Assembly (NCBI GenBank): GCA_963711565.1 | Contig: CAVQEQ010000004.1 | Span: forward strand, 384,001 to 448,000 | DNA: 64,000 bases | From: an uncultured delta proteobacterium | Lineage (GTDB): Bacteria > Desulfobacterota > Binatia > Binatales > Binataceae | Direction of reading: 5' to 3' | In this document: positions 57,747-64,000 of the stretch, one piece after another | Position numbering within the stretch: position 1 is the stretch's first letter | How the letters are laid out: every line of letters starts with the position of its first letter | Made by a program: the position numbers and the translations under genes | The notes under the pieces: generated by a model | What the model saw: only the letters and a program-made list of their open reading frames with translations | What the model was told of the DNA's origin: nothing | The model's database searches: none

Positions 57747-58232
57747 GGTTCCCCTTCCCGCGCGGGAAGGGGTTAGGGGTTAGGTTCTTTGACCGGATCG
57801 CAGCGCTTGCCTGATGTACTCAATCACCGCCTCGCTATCGAGCATCGCGTCATTCGATATCCTGAGAACTCGAATGCCCATTCGTGAGATCGCTTGGTCG
57901 CGCGCTTCGTCGTATTTCCATTGCTCCTGATGCACGCCACCGTCCAGCTCGATAGCAAGCTTGCCGTCATCGCAATAGAAATCGACGACGTATCCTGCGA
58001 TCACTTGCTGACGCCGAAAATGGAACCCGTCAATCGCGTTGCGCCGAAGGACCTTCCAGAGAATGCGCTCGGGCGCGGTCATGTCGCGGCGCAATCGTTT
58101 GGCGAAAGCGAGCTTCTCGGCCTGAACGCTTTGGACGCGGGTTATTTTGCTGCCGTTCGTCATAAGCGGGTTGCCGATGCCGAAGAACCTAACCCCTAAC
58201 CCCTAACCCCTTCCCGCGCGGGAAGGGGAACC
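57747..58232. mobile_element. Putative element: DUF559 gene within terminal inverted repeats
   Basis: 57747-57789 and 58183-58232 are exact reverse complements apart from one extra AACCCCT unit. Confidence 0.6.
57780..58163 (-). CDS. DUF559 (Vsr-like) endonuclease
   Basis: LRRDMT.PE..LW..LR, FRRQ..I..YVVDFYC, IELDGGVH, D..RD and VLRISN. Confidence 0.93.
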   Translation of the reverse strand: MTNGSKITRVQSVQAEKLAFAKRLRRDMTAPERILWKVLRRNAIDGFHFRRQQVIAGYVVDFYCDDGKLAIELDGGVHQEQWKYDEARDQAISRMGIRVLRISNDAMLDSEAVIEYIRQALRSGQRT

Positions 58233-58240
58233 GAATCCCC

Positions 58241-58558
58241 CTAATCGTCAATCTTCAGCTGTTTTTTCGCCGCGGCGGTCATCATGTGCGGGGTCCAGGG
58301 CGGGTCCCACACGATCTCGACGCGTGCGTCGTCGCATCCCGGGATGCCGAGCAGCTTGTCTTGGATGTCCTGCGTGATCATCATGCCCATCTGGCAGCCG
58401 GGGGCGGTCAGCGTCATCGTGACGTTGACGACGCGGTTCTCGATCTGCACGCCGTAGATGAGTCCGAGATCCACGAGGTTGACCGGAATCTCGGGGTCGT
58501 AGCACTCGCGTAGCACTTCGTAAACGTCGGCTTCGGTCGGTGCGGGCGAATTCTCCAT
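58241..58558 (-). CDS. DUF59/SufT Fe-S cluster assembly protein
   Basis: DPEIPVNLVDLGLIY, MTLTAPGC and WDPPWTP. Confidence 0.92.
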   Translation of the reverse strand: MENSPAPTEADVYEVLRECYDPEIPVNLVDLGLIYGVQIENRVVNVTMTLTAPGCQMGMMITQDIQDKLLGIPGCDDARVEIVWDPPWTPHMMTAAAKKQLKIDD

Positions 58559-58607
58559 AGTGCAGAGTCTAGTATATAAGAGGGTGGGCATGCATCCGAG
58601 GTGAGAT

Positions 58608-58946
58608 ATGGCTGACAAGGAAGAGCTGTACGACGAGGCGATTGACGCATACGCCGACGACAAGTTCGATGAGGCGATCGAGTTGTACAAGAAAGCGCTC
58701 GAAGCCGATCCGAAGTACGCGGACGCGGTTCACGGAATGATCATGTGCTACCAGGCCAAGGGAGATCTGGACACCGCGATTGAGCTGACCAGGAAATATA
58801 TCGCGCAAGAGCCGGAAGATATTCTGGCGCATACCAATCTCAGCATGTTCTATCAGAAGAAGGGAATGGTGCCGGAAGCGGAAGCCGCCGGTGCAGAGGC
58901 GCGGCGGCTCGACTGGAAGCGGCAACTCAAGGAAGGCAAGAAGTAG
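58608..58946 (+). CDS. TPR protein
   Basis: AIELYKKAL..DP helical repeats; RBS GAGG. Confidence 0.85.
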   Translation: MADKEELYDEAIDAYADDKFDEAIELYKKALEADPKYADAVHGMIMCYQAKGDLDTAIELTRKYIAQEPEDILAHTNLSMFYQKKGMVPEAEAAGAEARRLDWKRQLKEGKK

Positions 58947-58953
58947 GGCGTCG

Positions 58954-59712
58954 ATGAAACTCAAGGACAAAGTTGTGTTGATAACGGGCGGCGGCTCGGG
59001 ACTCGGGCGCGAGATGGGACTGACTTTTGCGCGCGAGGGCGCGAAAATCGGCGTCAACGACATCAGGCCCGAGTCGGCGGATAACGTCGTGACAGAAATT
59101 GGCCGTGCGGGCGGCACCGCGCGGCCGTTCGTCGCGGATGTGTCGAGCAGTGCGGCGGTAGCGAAGATGTTCGCGGAGTTTATCGCGGCCTTCGGCACGA
59201 TCGACATACTGATCAATAACGCCGGCATCGCGCGCAGCCGCGAGTCGAGCGTCGCGATGCCGACGCACGAAAAGACTGACGAGGACTGGCACAAGATGCT
59301 CGCGACGCATCTCGACTCGACCTTCTACTGCACGCGCGAGGCGCTGAAGGTGATGATCCCGAAGCAGTCGGGACGCATCATCAATCTCGGCTCGATCGCG
59401 GGCACCACGGGGCTCGCGTTCGCGTCGGACTACTGCGCGGCGAAGGGCGGAATCATCTCGTTCACCAAGTCGGTCGCGCGCGAAGTGGTGGCGATGGGGA
59501 TCCTGGTCAATTGCATCGCGCCGGGATTTATCGACACGCCGATGACCTCGATCATCGACGGTGAGATGCGCAAGCAGATCGAAGCGACGACGCCGATCGG
59601 GCGCTTCGGCGAGCCGGGCGACATCGCGGCGGCGGCGCTGTTCCTCGCCTGCGACGATTCGAAGTTCATGGTCGGCCAGGTGATCAGCCCCAACGGCGGC
59701 TACGTGATTTGA
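58954..59712 (+). CDS. SDR oxidoreductase (FabG-like)
   Basis: TGGGSGLG, NNAG, YCAAK and PGFIDT. Confidence 0.93.
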   Translation: MKLKDKVVLITGGGSGLGREMGLTFAREGAKIGVNDIRPESADNVVTEIGRAGGTARPFVADVSSSAAVAKMFAEFIAAFGTIDILINNAGIARSRESSVAMPTHEKTDEDWHKMLATHLDSTFYCTREALKVMIPKQSGRIINLGSIAGTTGLAFASDYCAAKGGIISFTKSVAREVVAMGILVNCIAPGFIDTPMTSIIDGEMRKQIEATTPIGRFGEPGDIAAAALFLACDDSKFMVGQVISPNGGYVI

Positions 59713-59746
59713 ACTGCGGGCGATCCGGACCGCATAAGTTGCCACG

Positions 59747-61300
59747 ATGCTGACGCGGTCCGCGGGAATCCTGATACCACTGTTCTCGATCCGCACGCGC
59801 GACGATCTCGGCCGCGGGGAGATCCTTGGCCTCGCGCCGATGATCGATTTCGCGCTGTCGATGGGTCATCGCGTGATCCAGTTGCTGCCGCTCGACGAGA
59901 CCGGCCCCGACGATCTCAGCCCGTACAGCGCGATGAGCGTGATGGCGATCGATCCAACCTATATTTCGATGAGCGGATTGCCGGGAGTCGGGCGAGTTGT
60001 GCTGGCGCGCGCGCGCGAGGCGGTTGGCAGGGCGCGGTTTGTTCCTCGATCGATCATACGGCGGGAAAAATTCGCGTTGCTCGAGCGCGCGTACCGTGCC
60101 ACTCGAGCGCGCGGCGGACGCGACGAAGGCGCGCAGCTCGACGCGTTCATCGAGGCCAACGCGTACTGGCTCCACGACTACGCACTGTTTCGCGCGCTCA
60201 AGGAGCGCTTCAAGTGGACCAGTTGGGAAACCTGGCCGGCTGAAATTGCCACGCGCGATCCGGTCGCGATGGCGCTCGCGCGACGTGAGCTGGCCGACCC
60301 GATCGAGATGTACGGCTACTGGCAGTTCGTCGCGCATCGGCAGTGGTCGCAGATGCGCGCGTACGCATCGTCGCACGGCGCGTTTATCGGCGGGGATCTC
60401 GCGTTCTCGCCGTGCCGCGACAGTGCCGAGGTGTGGGCGAACCAGGATGAATTCGATCTGTCGCGCAGTGTGGGCGCGCCGCCGGACGGCTTCAATCCCA
60501 AGGGGCAGCGATGGGGCCTGCCGCTGCCGAATTGGAACCAGATGCGCGCGCAAGGATTCAAGGTGCTGCGCGCGCGTGCGCGTCACGCCAGCTCGCTTTA
60601 CGATTTGATTCGAATCGATCACGTCGTTGGGCTCTATCGAACTTTCAATTTCGGTTCCGATCCCGACGCGCCGGGAAATTTTACGCCGGTGAACGAAGAC
60701 GATCAGCGGCGCCAGGGCGAGGAAGTAATTGGCACGATCAAGCAGGAGGTGGGTGCGACCGAACTGATCGCGGAAGACCTCGGCACCGTGCCGCCGTGGG
60801 TGCGCGATTCGCTGATGCATGTGGGAGTGGCGGGATACAAGGTGATGCAGTGGGAGCGCGACTGGGGCCACGGCGACGAGCCGTTTCTCAGCCCCGCGAC
60901 CTATCCTGAACTTTCGCTCGCGACTACGGGGACGCATGACACGGAACCGCTGACCGTATGGTGGCATGCGCAACCGATTTCCGATCGTGAGAAATTCGTG
61001 CGCGCGCTTGGTCTCGAGGGCAAGGTGAACGCGCGCCGGATGCTGGAAGAATCGGCGCGCGACGCGATCCTGGCGCTGCTGTATGCGGCGCCGTCAAAGC
61101 TGGTGATAATTCCGATTCAGGATTTGTTCGGATGGAGTGCACGGATCAATCGGCCGGGAACGACCAACGACTTCAACTGGACCTATCGGTTGCCGCTCAC
61201 GCTGGAACGGATGCGCCGCAGCCGCGCGATACAATCGGACGTCGCCAGGCTGCGCGCGATCGCGATCAGTAGCGGGCGGTTCACCGAGACAGAAAGCTGA
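59747..61300 (+). CDS. malQ: 4-alpha-glucanotransferase (GH77)
   Basis: QLLPL, SPYS, GAPPD, GQRWGLP, RIDHVVG, AEDLG, THD and RIN.PG. Confidence 0.93.
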   Translation: MLTRSAGILIPLFSIRTRDDLGRGEILGLAPMIDFALSMGHRVIQLLPLDETGPDDLSPYSAMSVMAIDPTYISMSGLPGVGRVVLARAREAVGRARFVPRSIIRREKFALLERAYRATRARGGRDEGAQLDAFIEANAYWLHDYALFRALKERFKWTSWETWPAEIATRDPVAMALARRELADPIEMYGYWQFVAHRQWSQMRAYASSHGAFIGGDLAFSPCRDSAEVWANQDEFDLSRSVGAPPDGFNPKGQRWGLPLPNWNQMRAQGFKVLRARARHASSLYDLIRIDHVVGLYRTFNFGSDPDAPGNFTPVNEDDQRRQGEEVIGTIKQEVGATELIAEDLGTVPPWVRDSLMHVGVAGYKVMQWERDWGHGDEPFLSPATYPELSLATTGTHDTEPLTVWWHAQPISDREKFVRALGLEGKVNARRMLEESARDAILALLYAAPSKLVIIPIQDLFGWSARINRPGTTNDFNWTYRLPLTLERMRRSRAIQSDVARLRAIAISSGRFTETES

Positions 61301-61305
61301 TTGTA

Positions 61306-61436
61306 TTACCTCTCCCTTCGGGAGAGGTCATGCGGCGACACTCGTGTCGCGCACGGGTGAGGGCGCTGGCATCGAGATGAATGCGGGCGTCCTCACCCGC
61401 GCCGGGGGCGCGAGCTCTCCCGCAGGGAGAGGTAAG
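61306..61436. repeat. REP-doublet (CTCTCCC-GGGAGAGG / CCTCACCC family)
   Basis: Self-complementary; homologous to 3291-3416. Confidence 0.8.
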
Positions 61437-61537
61437 TTGTCGTCAAGTTGTGGCGCGCCCGCGGGTTGAACTATAAGCATCACTGGTTGCTGCTTGCGAT
61501 CGGCAATACTCGGGGAGCGCTTTTCCCGGAGGCATCG

Positions 61538-62695
61538 ATGGGACCACTTGAAGGAATTCGCGTACTCGATTTGAGCATGGTGGTGTCGGGACCGTTTTGC
61601 ACCATGATGCTCGGCGACCTTGGCGCGGACGTTATCAAAATCGAGCCGCCTGACGGCGATGTCTCGCGCATGCTGTCGGGCAAGGAGCGCGGCGGGGTTA
61701 CCGTCGCCATCCTCAACTGGAATCGCAACAAGCGCGCGATGATGCTCGACCTCAAGCAGCCCGGCGCCGCCGAGGTGTTTCTCAAGATGGCCGAGCACGC
61801 CGATATCGTCGTGCAGAACGTGCGGCCCGGCGTCGTCGATCGGCTGGGCGTCGGCTATGACGCAGTCGCGGCGCGCAATCCGAAAATTGTTTACTGCTCG
61901 ATCGCCGGCTACGGGTTCTCGGGGCCGTCGGTCAACAAGCCCGCTTACGACCCGATCATACAAGGGATGGCGGGAGTGATGACTTCGCAGCGGACGCAGG
62001 GACGGCCGCGCGCGGTCAAAAATATTCTGGGCGACAAGGTTACTGCGATGACGGCGGCGATCTCGATTCTCGCGGCGCTGACCGAGGCGCAGCGCAGCGG
62101 CAAAGGACAGCATCTGCAGATCGCGATGATCGACGCGGTCGCCTACTACCTGATGCCCGACACCGCGTCGCGCCACACGTATCTTCCCCACGACGCGGGC
62201 ATCGCGCCGTCGATGAACACCCTTGAGCCGTTTCAGACGGCCGACGGCTACATCACGATTGCGCCGCTGACCGACAAGCACTGGATCGCGATTCTCAAAG
62301 CGGTGGGACATCCGGAATGGTTCGAGGGCGACGAGCCGCGGCCCGAGCGCGTCAGGCGATCGATCAAGAGCCTCATCACGCTGTTCCCGACGCAGCCTTC
62401 GGCGCACTGGCTCGAGCGGATCGAAGCGGCCGACGTGCCATGCGGACCGGTCAACGACTACGACTCGATCTGGAGCGATCCGCAGTTCGTCGCGAATGAG
62501 ACGTTCTTCGAATACGAGCATCCCAGGGCGGGACGGGTTCGCGCCGTACGATCGCCCGCGCGATTCTCGCGCACCGAGCCCGAGCTGTGGCGTCATCCAC
62601 CCGACCTGGGGCAGCACACCGATGAAATTCTCGGCGAATTTGGATTCGGCGCCGATGAGATTGCCGAGCTGAGAGCGAATCGGATCGTCAATTGA
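61538..62695 (+). CDS. CaiB/BaiF class III CoA-transferase
   Basis: PLEGIRVLDL, LGADVIKIE, NRNKR, GYG..GP...AYD and P.LGQHT. Confidence 0.94.
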   Translation: MGPLEGIRVLDLSMVVSGPFCTMMLGDLGADVIKIEPPDGDVSRMLSGKERGGVTVAILNWNRNKRAMMLDLKQPGAAEVFLKMAEHADIVVQNVRPGVVDRLGVGYDAVAARNPKIVYCSIAGYGFSGPSVNKPAYDPIIQGMAGVMTSQRTQGRPRAVKNILGDKVTAMTAAISILAALTEAQRSGKGQHLQIAMIDAVAYYLMPDTASRHTYLPHDAGIAPSMNTLEPFQTADGYITIAPLTDKHWIAILKAVGHPEWFEGDEPRPERVRRSIKSLITLFPTQPSAHWLERIEAADVPCGPVNDYDSIWSDPQFVANETFFEYEHPRAGRVRAVRSPARFSRTEPELWRHPPDLGQHTDEILGEFGFGADEIAELRANRIVN

Positions 62696-63756
62696 GCTAT
62701 CGCTCGATCCGCCGCGCGCTGGCTCTCGCATCTCTTGGCGCAATTTCCGCCGCCGCAATCGCGACCGTGCAGGGATGCGCGACGCGACAGGCCTCGACGC
62801 GCGGGGCTCCAGTCGCGCAAGCTGCTCCGAGCGCAAAGCCAACTCCCACCGGAGCCCCGCTCGGGACGCATGCGCCGTACGCAATCACGGCGGGCCTCGA
62901 TGGCAACCTGTGGTTCACCGAATACCAGGGCGACGGGATCGGACGGATGACTCCCTACGGCGCCACCAAGCGCTTTCCCATCGATCCCGACGGATTTGCC
63001 GAACGAATCACCGCAGGCCCCGACGGCGCGGTCTGGTTCACCGACACGGTCGGCAATCGCATCGGCCGCGTCGCCCCCGATGGCAAAATCGCGTACGTCA
63101 ACCTGCCGCATTCGGACAGTGGTCCGGCGGGAATCGCGTCGGGGCCTGACGGCAATATCTGGTTTACCGAGCATTCGGGCAATCGCATCGGGCGGCTCAG
63201 CACGACCGGCACGCTGACCGAAATCGAACTGCCCAAGGGCGCAGGTCCCGCCGAAATCGTCACCGGCAGCGACGGCAACCTGTGGTTTGCCGAGGACAAG
63301 GCGAATCGCATCTCGCGCGTCACCATCTCGGGCAACGTCAAGGAATTCGCAATCCTGACGCCGGACACGCGCCCCGCGATGATGGTGCTCGGGGCGGATG
63401 GCAACGTGTGGTTCACGCAGCCGCAGGCCAACAAAATTGGCCGGGTCACGCCCGGTGGTTACATCACGGAGTACGCGCTGCCTGCGGCCGGCGTACCGCT
63501 TGGAATCGCGGCGGGCGCCGACAAAAATCTCTGGATCACCGTGATTCGCGCGCAGCTGATCTATCGCATGACCCCGAAGGGCGATTTCGCGTCGTTCCCG
63601 ATGCCCGCGAAGTCGATGGCGACGTTCATCACGGCGGGCCCCGACGGCTCGCTGTGGTTCACCGAGCCCAACGGCAAGGTGGGCCGCATCACGACCTCGG
63701 GGATCGTGACGGAATTCGTCTTCTCGAATCCGTACAGCGAGCACGTTTACAGGTAA
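62692..63756 (+). CDS. Vgb (virginiamycin B lyase)-like beta-propeller, probable lipoprotein
   Basis: Seven I.AG.DGNLWFTE..IGR repeats; VQG-C lipobox-like signal. Confidence 0.85.
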   Translation: MSYRSIRRALALASLGAISAAAIATVQGCATRQASTRGAPVAQAAPSAKPTPTGAPLGTHAPYAITAGLDGNLWFTEYQGDGIGRMTPYGATKRFPIDPDGFAERITAGPDGAVWFTDTVGNRIGRVAPDGKIAYVNLPHSDSGPAGIASGPDGNIWFTEHSGNRIGRLSTTGTLTEIELPKGAGPAEIVTGSDGNLWFAEDKANRISRVTISGNVKEFAILTPDTRPAMMVLGADGNVWFTQPQANKIGRVTPGGYITEYALPAAGVPLGIAAGADKNLWITVIRAQLIYRMTPKGDFASFPMPAKSMATFITAGPDGSLWFTEPNGKVGRITTSGIVTEFVFSNPYSEHVYR

Positions 63757-63898
63757 ACGCGCCCCTTGAGACCTCGCGGGCGGTGATGACGCGGCTGTTC
63801 CGTTCGCCGAGTTTTGCGGTATAAGCGCTCTATCACACGAACCAAAACGCTGGGCGCGTTTGGATTCCGGCATCATGCCGCATAGGGAGAATTGAGCG

Positions 63899-64000
63899 AT
63901 GGGCAAGCTCGACGGAAAGGTAGCCGCCATCACCGGCGGCGGTCGCGGTATCGGCCGCGGCATCGCGAGGGCATTCGCCGCGCAGGGATGCGCAGTTGTA
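63899..64000 (+). CDS. SDR oxidoreductase, 5' part (cut by the window end)
   Basis: MGKLDGKVAAITGGGRGIGRGIARAFA after a GGAG RBS. Confidence 0.88.
   Translation, partial: MGKLDGKVAAITGGGRGIGRGIARAFAAQGCAVV

Noticed and set aside
62692-63756. Streptogramin resistance gene vgb
   Set aside because: Only the propeller repeat is shared. It is an exported lipoprotein-like protein, and I could not confirm the Vgb catalytic residues.

Overview
High-GC bacterial chromosomal window. Gene content and style suggest a soil or peat Deltaproteobacteria-like organism such as Candidatus Binatota, which is an inference only. Core loci are tRNA-Asp-rplM-rpsI, argC, tig-clpP-clpX-lon-HU-tRNA-Val, hppA and malQ. 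A tandem pair of perfect parS palindromes at about 44.9 kb suggests the window lies near oriC. Accessory content includes a FecR/beta-barrel/CHASE2-cyclase module, an RND pump, an acetolactate decarboxylase with an RHH-like extension, an lvaCAB-like cluster, hpnR, a haloalkane dehalogenase, an ArsR-SRPBCC-beta-propeller-ubiquitin-like operon and three toxin-antitoxin pairs. The most striking unexplained structure is in the intergenic DNA. A DUF559 (Vsr-like) endonuclease gene is enclosed by near-perfect 43/50-bp inverted repeats, each made of a 22-bp palindrome plus TTAGGGG units, and gene-less copies of this repeat are dispersed through the window. This resembles a RAYT/REP system built on a different nuclease. 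In addition, the clpP-tig-hppA region looks like an integrase-free cassette hotspot, with a duplicated tig 3' end, nested direct and inverted repeats and an internally deleted gene relic. I saw no CRISPR array, rRNA, integrase or transposase. Two apparent single-base deletions (argC and the FAD oxidase) may be sequencing errors.
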